NCBI GenBank assembly: GCA_028534125.1
Contig: CM052816.1
Span: forward strand, 73,100,001 to 73,164,000
Origin: Lama glama
Lineage: Eukaryota
DNA: 64,000 nt
Direction: 5' to 3'
Part shown: positions 1 to 11,512 of the stretch, in pieces
Numbering within the stretch: position 1 is the first letter of the stretch
How the letters are laid out: each line of letters opens with the position of its first letter
The notes under the pieces: generated by a model
What the model was told of the DNA's origin: nothing
The model's database searches: none
The model's input: the letters and a program-made list of their open reading frames with translations, nothing else
Translations under genes and position numbers: made by a program

Positions 1-223
1 AGGGAGGAAACCTTATCTCCTTTTTTTTTCTTTAAATACCATCTAAGAACAATCACAATGCTGAGGAATTGCTACATGCTAGATAAACGGTAGTGGAGAA
101 AATTATTAAGATGATGAGATCAAAGTACTATTCTTAATTGATAATAGGTTTAACATAAATTTTTTCTAAAAGTAAAGAATGCTAAAGCAATGTAGTTTTG
201 AGATAAGAAATATCAATTGTATG

Positions 224-608
224 GGCCTAGAGATGACATGCTAAGAGAAATAAATCAGACAAAGACAAATATCATATGAATCATTTATATGCAGAATCTT
301 TAAAGAATGACACAAAGAACTTATTTAAAAAACAGAAACAGACTCAGACATAAAAAACAAACTTACAGTTACCAAAGGGGAGGAGAGAGGGATAATTGGG
401 AGTCTGAGATTAGCAGATACAAGCTACTATATACAGAATAGACAAACAACCAGGTCCTACTGTATAGCACAGGGAACTATATTCAATATCTTATAATAAC
501 CTATAATAGAAAAGACTATGAACAAGAATATTTACATATGGATAACTGAATCACTGCGCTGTACACCAGAAACTAACACAATATGTAAATCAACTCTATT
601 TCAATTTA
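224..608 (+). mobile_element. 5'-truncated L1 3' end (cetartiodactyl-type 3' UTR)
   Basis: Typical L1 3' UTR text (acagttaccaaagggg, tgtatagcacagggaactatattcaatatctt, gctgtacaccagaaactaacaca) ending in an A-rich tail; possible decayed TSD 208-223 / 609-624 (12/16 identical). Confidence 0.9.
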
Positions 609-1988
609 AAAAATCAATCACATGATCTCAAAGTCAGTGGAAGTAGTAGTTAATGAGAATGTACCTCAGCCCCACCTCACAGAGGTTGGCAAGCATCGTT
701 CCTCCCAAGTTCCCAGGGATCCCGGGGACAGTGATGAAGAGGCAGTGCCTAAAAGAGGAAGGAGAGGCTTTTTTGCTCATCTCTGGCCCTGAATTCATGC
801 TTCTACTGAACTGGTTAAAGTTGTATATAGTCTCATCAGCCTGTATGTGTACCTCACTTTTCAAATGGTACTACTCTACCGATTTCTTTCTTTGTTTTTT
901 TAACCAAGAAACACTTATTCCAGAAACATGTTTATAGCAGATGGTACTAGAAGATAAAAGTACTTGCAGTTTTGCATAAAACTTAAATATGAATATTAGA
1001 CATATCTAGAGCATCTTCTTATGCAAGGAATCTAGCCTATCTTGAGTTATACATGCTCTTCTTTGATCCGCCTCTAGGATCTAACTCTTCATACAAAATG
1101 GTCATTCAAGATGTGTTCCCCAAAAAAGCCAATTCCTGCCTCAGGAGAAATATTGGATATGTCATTTTAAAATTGCATTTGTAAAAGTTTGGTTTTGTGA
1201 AAATATCCTTTAAGTCTTTTTAAAACTACTTTTGCAAAGTTTTGTGCAAATATCTTTTGAAATTCAATAGATGCTGAAAATTTATTTAAACAGGGGTTTA
1301 AAAAGAATTCATTCAAGCTCTACAAACTCTCTGTAATTGCCATTAGGATGCAGAGAACAGGATGACAACTTTCTTACATCAATTTCTGTGAAGGCAATCA
1401 TCAAGGGGTGTTAAAAAAACAAAGCGTAGGAGGAAAACATCATTTTTAACAAGAAACATTCTGGTGCAGAGAAACCTCTCTGAGACCTAACAAGTAAGTG
1501 ATAATTTATCATCAGCCTCATTATCAAGAAATATTCACTAAGCTCATCAGTGGTGTACAATTGCTTTGTACACAATTCTTTTAGTTTCTTGGCAGTATAA
1601 AGTCCCTAAAGACCCTAAAAAGGAGGAAAGATTTATAAATATCTTAGAAACAGAGAGAGGTTATTGTTGATTCAGAAATTTAACATTTAGCACTTTAAAT
1701 AGGCCACAACTATTTCTGGCATATACGTTATGTGATGCACATGTTTTTTAAAAATGAAAAAAAAAATGTAAAAGGCAGCAAGTTTCCTAGAGTTATCATT
1801 TTAATGACAAGCTTTTAGCCCAGGTCAATATGTTGTTTATATTCAGCTGTTCAAGAACATTTATTTTGTTTTTCTGATTTTGGTTGATTTTACTTCATGT
1901 TATTTTATTCTGCAGTGAAGGAAGACCACTTAGGTGGGTAGATCAGTCAAGTTTACATGTAATTTTTTCTGGTTTAATAATAAAATCA

Positions 1989-2910
1989 TTTTTTAAAGTC
2001 TTCTTTAATTTCCTTCATCAATGGTTTATAGTTTTCTGTATATAATTCTTTCACCTCCTTGGTTTGATTTATTCCCAGATATTTTATTACTTTGGGTGCT
2101 ATTTTAAAGGGGACTGTTTCTTTACTTTCTTTTTCTGTTGATTTATCGTTAGTGTAAAGAAATGCAACTGATTTTTGAACGTTAATTTTGTTACCTGCTA
2201 CCTTGCTGAATTCTTCAATCAGCTCTAGTAGCTTTTGTGTGGACCTTTTAGGGTTTTCTATATATAGTAACATGTCATCAGNNNNNNNNNNNNNNNNNNN
2301 NNNNNNNNNNNNNNNNNNNNNNNNNNNNNNNNNNNNNNNNNNNNNNNNNNNNNNNNNNNNNNNNNNNNNNNNNNNNNNNNNNNNNNNNNNNNNNNNNNNN
2401 NNNNNNNNNNNNNNNNNNNNNNNNNNNNNNNNNNNNNNNNNNNNNNNNNNNNNNNNNNNNNNNNNNNNNNNNNNNNNNNNNNNNNNNNNNNNNNNNNNNN
2501 NNNNNNNNNNNNNNNNNNNNNNNNNNNNNNNNNNNNNNNNNNNNNNNNNNNNNNNNNNNNNNNNNNNNNNNNNNNNNNNNNNNNNNNNNNNNNNNNNNNN
2601 NNNNNNNNNNNNNNNNNNNNNNNNNNNNNNNNNNNNNNNNNNNNNNNNNNNNNNNNNNNNNNNNNNNNNNNNNNNNNNNNNNNNNNNNNNNNNNNNNNNN
2701 NNNNNNNNNNNNNNNNNNNNNNNNNNNNNNNNNNNNNNNNNNNNNNNNNNNNNNNNNNNNNNNNNNNNNNNNNNNNNNNNNATAACTCACAGAGAAAAAA
2801 ATGTGACAATGAGTGTGTATATGTCCATGAATGACTGAAAAATTGTGCTGAACACTGGAATTTGACACAACATTGTAAAATGATTATAAATCAATAAAAA
2901 ATGTTAAAAA
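1989..2910 (+). mobile_element. Young L1 insertion with inverted 5' segment (ORF2 RT fragment on - at 1989-2281; 3' UTR/polyA on + at 2782-2910), interrupted by a gap
   Basis: Minus-strand open frame [29 protein letters not shown]...IKYLGIN is L1 ORF2 RT; plus-strand 3' end with aataaa and A tail; perfect 13-bp TSD aataataaaatca at 1976-1988 and 2911-2923. Confidence 0.93.
2282..2781. other. Assembly gap (500 N)
   Basis: Run of N. Confidence 1.
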
Positions 2911-3284
2911 AATAATAAAATCAGAGCAACCTTTGTTAAAATACCAATCTTTATTAGAGATTTAGTAATTAATTCTTCATATACAAGTATAGTATTTGCA
3001 CAGCATTGTACAGTTTTCTATTCACTGTAAATAAGTGGAATCTAGACTCGATACTATGCCTGGTTAATGGTAGATCTCAGAACGGAATCATTCTCCTGAA
3101 GTGATAGTCATGGAGTAAACTAGGAAGCAGAGGGAAAAAAACTGGGTTGTAGAGTTTGTCAAACCTAAATTAATCATATTCTTATCAAAGAGTCCCTCCA
3201 TTTTATATTATAAAGAGGCAGACCTAGCTTGCTATTGGCTTGAAAACAGAGTCAAAGTCATATTGAAAAAAGAAAAATCACTGT

Positions 3285-3410
3285 ATCGGGGATTAGATCT
3301 CAGTTCTAGCTCTTGTGTCTATTAACACAGCCAGTATTAGCTTAATAGAATAAATCTCCGTAGTTTCTTTGATCCTTAGTTCCCCATCCAGGAAATGAGG
3401 GGTTAATCTG
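3285..3410 (+). mobile_element. MIR-family SINE fragment
   Basis: Degenerate MIR core (ccttagttccccatccaggaaatgagggg). Confidence 0.5.
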
Positions 3411-4360
3411 TGCTACTGTGGTGTGACTATGTTTAGGGAGATGCCTCTTTAAAGAGACAAAAATTTACAGGATCAGAATATTTAACTTTTTAATGCTGTC
3501 GATATTTTGGACTAGCTGCCTCCTATGTGTTGTTACTCATTTCCTTTGTTTTGTTTTGTCCTTGGACTTCACATGCATAGCGCTTAGATTTGAATTTTTA
3601 TCTTAACCCAGAAAAGTAATGATATCTCTTCTTCCAAACATTATACTGACAATAATCTAAGCCCTATCACTGGTCGTCATGACTCCCACATCTCTTCCGC
3701 CCTCCAGTTTACATATGAGTTTGCAACTGTATGTTTCTGACTATCTATTGCCAGCTCACATCAGCACGAGCAGGCCCAGACAGAATATAATCAGTAAACC
3801 TCCTTCTGGCTCTATTTTTCTTTTTTCTTTATTTTTTATTTTTTAAGGGTGGGAGGGTGGTCTAGTCCTAAAGTTTCTAATGCAAGTTAAGAATGGAGAC
3901 CTTAAACACCTACCTGTTCTCACTGACACTGTACATATAAATAGGACCAAACCTGCAATTCTCTAAGACTGTTACAGTCAATAAAAGGTCGCAAAAGATA
4001 TTTCATCTCTTTTCACAATGAGAGTTCATTTTACTTCACCTTGGATTTTTACCATGTTCTCTCTAACTTTTGGATTCTTACTTTTCTGAACTTAATCCTC
4101 AGTTTTCTCTACAATTTTGAACTGGCCTCTTTTATTATGTTGTCCCTTAACTCTTCCATGCCTCTTTCTTTCCAAACCACATCCCTACACCAATAGAGAT
4201 AATCTTGCATGAATTAGGACCTTATACCATCACACAGACACAAATGCACACTCAAATGACATCATGCAGTATATATCGGCTATATTGAGTCTCTAACCCC
4301 CAAACAAATATGTAGCTATTTCTGAATAAAAGCACATGGTCAGAGTGTAAAGATAAGTAC

Positions 4361-5127
4361 ATGAGAAGATTCTGAACATTACTAGCTGTGAGGGATAAAG
4401 AATTAAAGCCACAGTGAGATACTACTTCATACTCACTCAGATGCCTAAATTAAGGCAGATAGCAACAAGTGCTGGTGAGGTTGTGGAGAAACTGGAACCT
4501 TTGGACACTGCTGGTGGGGATGAAAATGGTACAGCTACTTTAGAAGACAGTTTGGCATTTCCTCAAAAGATTAAACACAGAGTTACCATATAACTTATCA
4601 GTCCTACCGCTAGAGAAATAAAAATGTCCACACAAAAACGTGTACATGTGTTCATAACAGCCAAACAGTGGAAACGACCCAAATGTCCATCAACTGATGA
4701 ATGAATAACTAAAATGCGATATATCCATACTGTGAGATAGTATTTGTCAATAAAAAGAAATGAGGTATTGATACATACTACAACAAGGATGAACCTTGAA
4801 AACGTCTAAGTGAAAGAAGCCAGTCCGCAAAGACCACATATTGTGTACTTCCACTTATATGACATGTTTAGAATAGGCAGATCAAGAGAGAAAGCAGATC
4901 AGTGGTTGCCTAGGGTTGGGATGGGGAAGGTTGGGGGGAAATGGAGAGTGACTCTTAATGGGTACCAGGCTCCTTTTTGGAGAGATGCAAATGTCCTAAA
5001 ATTGATTATGATAATGGTTGCAGAACTCTGTGAATATGCTTAAATCCATTGAATTGTTCACTATAAATTATTGAATTGTATGGTATGTGAATTATATCTC
5101 CGTAAAGCTGTTGTATATAAAAATAAA
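4361..5127 (+). mobile_element. Old L1 (L1MB-like) ORF2 end plus 3' UTR
   Basis: aacaagtgctggtgaggttgtggagaaactggaacc, cccaaatgtccatcaactgatgaat, tggtatgtgaattatatctc terminus. Confidence 0.9.
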
Positions 5128-5752
5128 CATGAAGAGAAAAGTTGATAAACAAGTTCTTAGTGACGTCTTTTGTCTTACTTGGATTTGGAGATACCAGTAA
5201 AATTTAGGCCAACTCTTAATTTTCAATGTTTATCTGCAACAAATCTCAGATTCTTGGCAAATTCCAAAAAGATTAAAGGGAGTGAAATGATCCCCTGCCT
5301 AATTATTGCATAGCAGAAAGACCAGTACTCACTGAAGCCTGACAGTGAAACAGAAATGATCCAACATGCTGTGTTTTTTCACAATTGCAAAGAAAGCAAA
5401 CAAACAATCGTGGATTTTCTCCAGACCCAGGGTTGTCAGTGTAAGCACAACAAAGCACTATGATGTTGTGGCAGTTATGTTCTAAGCGCAAGTAGGAAAT
5501 CTGAAATGTGTGCTTTAGAAAATATTTGCGAAGATGCATAACGTGAAATTATGCCTCCCAAGATTGGCTAATGAGCAATCAGTGAATGAGATTCTTTCCA
5601 TGGGAGAAATCATTCACACCCTAATGTTTGTGTAGGGTTCCAAATTACCTCAGCATGTCTAACTTAACCTCAATCATAGACTTTCAAGCTTAGAAAAATT
5701 TACTGCAAAATTTAAGCCAAAATGCAAGCTAAGAGTGACTGATACTTTTGGA

Positions 5753-5832
5753 ATTTGAATACAACCACAACTTGCCATATATATATATTATTTACTATAT
5801 ATATATATGGCAAGTTGTGGTTGTATTCAAAT
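5753..5832. repeat. Perfect inverted repeat, 36-bp arms, 8-nt loop
   Basis: atttgaatacaaccacaacttgcc(at)6 at 5753-5788 is the exact reverse complement of 5797-5832. Confidence 0.97.
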
Positions 5833-7072
5833 ATATATATGTAGTAAATAATAACATATATATACATATAGTAAACAATAACAAAGATATTTTGTGATTT
5901 TTGTGATGGCTGCAACTTTTCTTTCATACTTTCTTTTAACGATTTTAACCCTGATAGTTATACTATATGCATCAATTTTCCTATGTGCAAAATATATGAT
6001 AATGATACATCCCAGTGTCATCACCAGAAAAATACTGGAGATTGATCAAGAATGTTTGAAAATCATTTTTAAATATTCAAGTATTTGGCAATATGGCCTA
6101 AGATTATAACTAAAATAAGTACTACCTAGGCCAAGGGTCTGTATCTAGCAGTAACTTTCATCATGTTTTAACTTGGCATGTTATTAAAATGATAAAATTG
6201 TTTGCTGAGGACACCTAAATCCACACCATAAAAAAATAGCTTGCCACTTAGTAAATGTACGCTTGTACATAATTATAGTCAATAAACCTCAATATTACAC
6301 AAATACATTTTGATGTTAATTTATGGCTCTTCCTTAATAAGGAACTGGGATGAATGCTTAGACTCAATCTCTTTTCTGGTTTAGTATATACTCTTCTTTT
6401 CCCATATTCTGCTGATCTATTTTTTGTCCCCATAACCTTTGGGGCCTCACCCTCAATATATGTTTTTGATGGAGTCTTCTTTATTTTTTTTTAATTGAAT
6501 TACCATCAGTTACAATGTGTCAATTTCTCATTACTATTTGTATAAAGTCATTAGTCTTCAAAAATCGACTTCTGTGAAGGTTCATTTTTTCCAATAAGCT
6601 CTGCAAATGTTGGTTGCCACTTACACTTGTTACCCCCAAGAAAACAATAGTGCAGCTCACGGCAATTTCCCTTTGATCGAAAGACTCCTTTTCTAAGTGG
6701 CATCTGGACTGACAGTAAATTCTCCCATTGCTCAGGACCATGACACGAGCTGGGTTAAGTTCTGAATGTTCCCTCAGCAGCCCCAGCTCAGACGTTTCAC
6801 TATTTAATCACTTTGTACTCACTATGGCAGGTTTTACCAACAAGTTAAAAATCATTGGTGGTCACCTTGTTCAGGTGGTTCAGCTAACACATTTTTATAC
6901 AAATTAAATCTAGATGATTTACTAAGTTTTAAAAGAAAAGTACATACAAAGATGAAATTATAGGATGTATTCCACAGCAAAAGTTATTCTGATTATTTGG
7001 CATTGATTTAAAATAGTAATTGAAATTGCTATTCTTAAAAGAAAACCACTGACACATGTTGAATCGTTGGAG

Positions 7073-7641
7073 TGTTTTAGTTATCTATTGCTGTGAAACA
7101 AAACAGTACACATTTAGTGGCTAGAACAACATGCACTTATTATGTCACAGTTTCCATGGCTAAGGAGCCTGGGTGTGGCTTACCTACGTCCTCAGTTTAG
7201 GGTCTCACAAGACTTCAGTAAAGGTTTTACCTGGACTACATTCTCATCTGGGTACTGGTGAAGAGTTTGCTTCCAAGTTCACTTACTTTGTTGGCCAAAT
7301 TCATTTCTTAACACCTGTAAGACTGAAAAGCTGGCTTCTTGCTGGCTATGGACAGAGGCTATCATCAGGTCCTAAAGGCTGACCCAACCCCTTGCTACCC
7401 AGGCTTCCCCAATATAGCTGTTTACTTCATCAAGCCAGCAGAGAGAGTCTGGAGTGACTGCCAGAAAGACAATCTTATTTAACATACACAATCATGGCAG
7501 TGCCATCCCATTACAATTGCCATATTCTACGGGTTAGAAGCAAGTCACAAGTCCCACCCATGCTCGGTGGGAGTGGATAACTCAGGGGCACGAACCAGGA
7601 AGTGAGAATTATAGAGACCGCCCTACAGTATTTCCACCACA
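7073..7641 (-). mobile_element. MaLR solo LTR (MLT1E/F-like)
   Basis: tg...ca termini, agttatctattgctg start and gttagaagcaagtcacaagtcc motif; 5-bp TSD tggag/tgcag with 1 mismatch. Confidence 0.85.
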
Positions 7642-7782
7642 TGCAGTTTTTAACTAATTTAAGTGAGATGCCACAGTATATTAAATAAAATACATAATTA
7701 CTATTCAGACCATGACAACTAAATATAAATAGGTATTATATCTCATATAAATAAGACCATATATATGTGTGGTCTATAGAGA

Positions 7783-8236
7783 TGTCATCCCTCTTGCTTC
7801 TCCGGTGCGCCTACACAATTTCTTGGGTGTGCCAAGATGACAAAGCCCTGCCTGTTCTTTTTTCTGTGCCGCTTCTCAAAATGGCTTATGCCAGCTGGTA
7901 ACTTTGAAATGTTGTAACCCTCCTGCCCCCTGGAAAACATGCAGACTTGCTTACTGCTTTCAATAGAAAGCAGTGGAATCCCCAAGATCGGTGTTCCTCA
8001 ACTATGACACAAACCCACCGTGTGGAAGCACAGCATCCCCCTGGGCTTCTTGTGCAGCCCCTGACATAAAGATGGCATCCGGCGTTCATGCTGCTTACTG
8101 TGTCAAGAGTGATAAAGTCCTTTGTTTCTGACCCAGGAGCCTTGTGTCCTCCACTGGCACCTATGAAACAGTAACAGGCTAACTTCTTAACTTATAAATA
8201 TGAAATCAAATCCTGGATCCTTCACAGTTCCTGACA
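7783..8236 (+). mobile_element. ERV1 LTR (MER34/MER39-like)
   Basis: 3' end ataaagtcctttgtttctgacccaggag...caggctaactt...ccttcacagttcctgaca resembles the MER34/39 terminus. Confidence 0.75.
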
Positions 8237-8524
8237 TCATCTAATCTTGGAATTTTAGGTTGAAATTTGCTTTGAAGTCCATTCACCCACGTTTAAAATC
8301 ACCAAACATCTAGTAACTGGTATTCTTTTAGCCCATTTTAAAATACTTTGAATATCACTTCCCCACAGTACTTTCCAAGGTTTAGTAACTTAACTGTCGC
8401 ACCAAATTTCAACTGGTCATACAGTTATGGGATCTAATGGTATTTCTATTGAAATCTTCAAACTGGGAAGTAGACAGAAGTCCTTCTTAAGATATACTGT
8501 TCTGATGAGATGCAATAAATTTTC

Positions 8525-8678
8525 ATTTTGTTATTTTGTTTTGATCACTTCATTTTTGGGGAGGGTAATTAGATTTATTTATTTTATCATTTTTTTTTAA
8601 TGGAGGTACTGGGGATTGAAGCCAGGACCTCATGTATACTAAGCATGCACTCTACCTCTGGGCTATTTGCCTCCCCCC
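8525..8678 (-). mobile_element. Camelid tRNA-derived SINE (Vic-1 type)
   Basis: ggaggtactggggattgaagccaggacc...aagcatgcactctac pattern (reverse of A/B-box head); 18-bp TSD gagatgcaa(t/c)aaattttc at 8507-8524 and 8679-8696. Confidence 0.92.
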
Positions 8679-8989
8679 GAGATGCAACAAATTTTCTGAG
8701 ACTCTTATTTAGGGCCCACCAGGCAGCCTCATTACATCAAGACTTCCCACATGTAAAGATTTAAGCTGTGGTGGTATCCACAGTGTGATATCCAAAGTTC
8801 TGTACCTTCCTAGGGCACACTGCCTTCCCGTCATAGAATGATATTTGGGTACCTTTTATAGCATCAGTCTCCCATCCTGTCTCTATTAGTTAAAGTCAAT
8901 TGTATGAAACCAATGGTCAAAACTGATGGTTGCTAGAAAATAAATGCTAATGACTTCTGTTTATATACTAATAACCATAAAACATCATA

Positions 8990-9225
8990 ATCATCAGACC
9001 TACTGTATGTGTGCACTTGTGCCAGAAAATAAGATAAGCATTGATATACATTGTCTCATTTTATCTTCAGAAGAATTATTTTAAAGAGGGTATTATTATC
9101 AATCTTATTTCATAGTTGTGAAAATTTAGGTTTAGCAGGGTGGAGTTACATGCCCAAAATGACACAGCTAAAAAATGCCAGAGCAGGCTTTGAACTCATG
9201 TCTGTTTAGTCCAAGACCTACCTCA
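8990..9225 (-). mobile_element. MIR SINE
   Basis: tattattatc...attttcatag...tgcccaaaatgacacagcta...gagcaggctttgaactc. Confidence 0.8.
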
Positions 9226-9961
9226 CACTTAACATTTTCTCCTTCCAAGCACTTTGCAGGTATATGTATGTAGTACCTACACATGTACATGTGTGTATAT
9301 TCACATATATGTATGTGTGTGAATACTAAATGGCTTGTGACCATCAGTTTATTAGGCAATACTAAGAATAATTATCATTAGAAAATATCTTTATTTTTTA
9401 GCAGTGTTGCTTAATGAGGTATTCAAGATAAAAGGCTTTCTGATAACTAAAATGTATCCCTTTGAGCAATAAATACTTCTCTCTTCTTCCCTCTTTTTTT
9501 TTTTTTGAGAGAGAGAGAGAGCGAATCACTCTTTTTAACCACTTAGTTCTCTGTAATTTCAATAAGTGATATTAAAATGCTTCAATCATTTGTTACATAG
9601 AGAACCATAGTTTTAGACATTTTGGGAAAAGGAATGGATAGATTCAAGCTCTATGGAATAACTTTCTGTAGGATTACAAAATGTCATGCCAGTTACTTCT
9701 GCTTTTTGAATATTTCCCCCTTTTCCATAAACTGAAATATTGGAAACACAGCTGTGCCCTCTCTAGAGGTTTGTAACTTGGCTTTCTGCAGAGTATATTT
9801 TTGATTTATTGGTTGAAGTTTTTGTCTCCTTTGTGATTTCTTTAAACTAAAACATATTCATCCTCAGAAGAAAAGAATGACGCCTGAGCAGACAGAAATC
9901 AAGAGACAGCTGACTTTAAGTTCCTTTTTGATATTTCATATAGAATAGAATTCAAAGTTTA

Positions 9962-10061
9962 NNNNNNNNNNNNNNNNNNNNNNNNNNNNNNNNNNNNNNN
10001 NNNNNNNNNNNNNNNNNNNNNNNNNNNNNNNNNNNNNNNNNNNNNNNNNNNNNNNNNNNNN
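9962..10061. other. Assembly gap (100 N)
   Basis: Run of N followed by an A run. Confidence 1.
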
Positions 10062-11243
10062 AAAAAAAAGAAGAGTGAAATCTTGTATGTCTGGGGTTGA
10101 GAACAATAACTTCCTTGTGACATTTTATGCACTGTATTTGACAGGTTTAAAGCAGTGAGGAATCATTGGAGGACAAAGTATTCATTACACGCCGATGCAC
10201 ACACAAGTGTGCACAGACACGTGTCTATTGCTATGTATTTACTGACAATTTTTAAGACTGAGTTTAGAGTCATATGCACAATATTGTTATACTCAATTAA
10301 ATTTTGGCTTAACAACAAACAAAATAACTTCAACAAAAAATATAAACAGATCGAAGCCAGTAAAAAGTTTTCTTGGTACAGTTCTCCCTAGCTTTTACAC
10401 ATAAATGTTCTAGATTAATATTATTTTAATGACACACCAGTCTATTGCAGGAGAACCTAAATCATCAATATGTTTAAGAACTAATTTCTTAAACTAAGAA
10501 TAATTTGATTTTCAGGAAACATCAAGCTTTGCCAAAATATTTACTAGCATTTAAAAAACATGTGAGGTTATATCCACAAAGAAATTATTTTAAAATGGAT
10601 AATTTTTAAAGCAGTAAATCTTCTGAGTCATCTAAAGCCAGATTTATCTTGGATATGTCAAAAATGAATCAATTATCCATATACACATAATGTCTACCTT
10701 TCAAATTTTTGCATCAAGCCACAGAGGTACACAGATGCTAAGCTCAGAATCTGGCACCTAGCAGGTGCTCAGTAACTATTTGTCAAATAAATAGTAAGTT
10801 CATTTCATCAGAGTGAGGGATGACCTGCTGCAGAATGACTGAGGCGTCTGGCTTCTGGCCAAAAGCCTTTGTGTGATTTTTCAGGCCTGATCATAAACGG
10901 CTACAAAGATTCTATCCAGCAGGCCTCGTGGGGGAAACTGCCCTCTGCAGACCTGATGCACAGCCAGCGCATGGCAGTAGGTCTCTGAAGGGAGCTTCAG
11001 TCAGTTAATTTATGCATAAAGTACTTGACTGTATCCAGTTTTGTTGGTCTTGAAAATGCCTCACCCCAGTAACATCACATCCATTTCATGTCCAGAAGCT
11101 GCTTCACATGCAGACCCACATCGACGTTTAGAAGCCAGTTTGCACTCAGTGGTGAGCCTGCCTAGAAGATCCTAAAGTGTATGCACTTGATTTGATCTTT
11201 CAGTAGATCCCCTCCAGATGCGCTGCAGCTAAAGGCACTAGAA

Positions 11244-11435
11244 CAGAAGTCTGCAAACTGAGGCCTGTTTGGGGATGGCCTACTTTTCTTTGACTTGTGA
11301 GTGAGAAATAATTTTTACATTTTTAAAAGTTTGAAAAAGATAAACAAAGAAGAATATGTGACAGCGATCATATGTAGTCCACAAAGCCTGAAATATATAG
11401 TCTAACCCTTCACAGAAAACATTCATGAATCTCTG
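11244..11435. mobile_element. hAT-Charlie MITE (MER58 family)
   Basis: cag...gcaaact start, ccacaaagcctgaaatat...cccttcacagaaaac end; 8-bp TSD cactagaa/caccagaa (11236-11243, 11436-11443). Confidence 0.85.
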
Positions 11436-11512
11436 CACCAGAACGTAAGCCCCCTGAGGGCAGGATTTTTGTTTTGTTTACTATTCTTTCTCAGTAGGTA
11501 GAAAAATGCCAT
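11436..11512 (+). mobile_element. L2 3'-terminal fragment into which the MER58 inserted
   Basis: agaacgtaagccccctgagggcaggatttttgttttgttt resembles the L2 3' end. Confidence 0.65.

Noticed and set aside
1986..2273. 95-aa ORF as a host gene
   Set aside because: It is an L1 ORF2 reverse-transcriptase fragment.
2188..2868. Long ORFs of 183-216 aa in the ORF track
   Set aside because: Artefacts of translating the N gap.
5712..6109. Hydrophobic I/Y-rich ORFs resembling membrane proteins
   Set aside because: Produced by (AT)n and T-rich low complexity around the palindrome.
8525..8678. tRNA gene
   Set aside because: The tRNA-like head has an AT-rich tail and TSD, so it is a SINE; same for 49884-50147.
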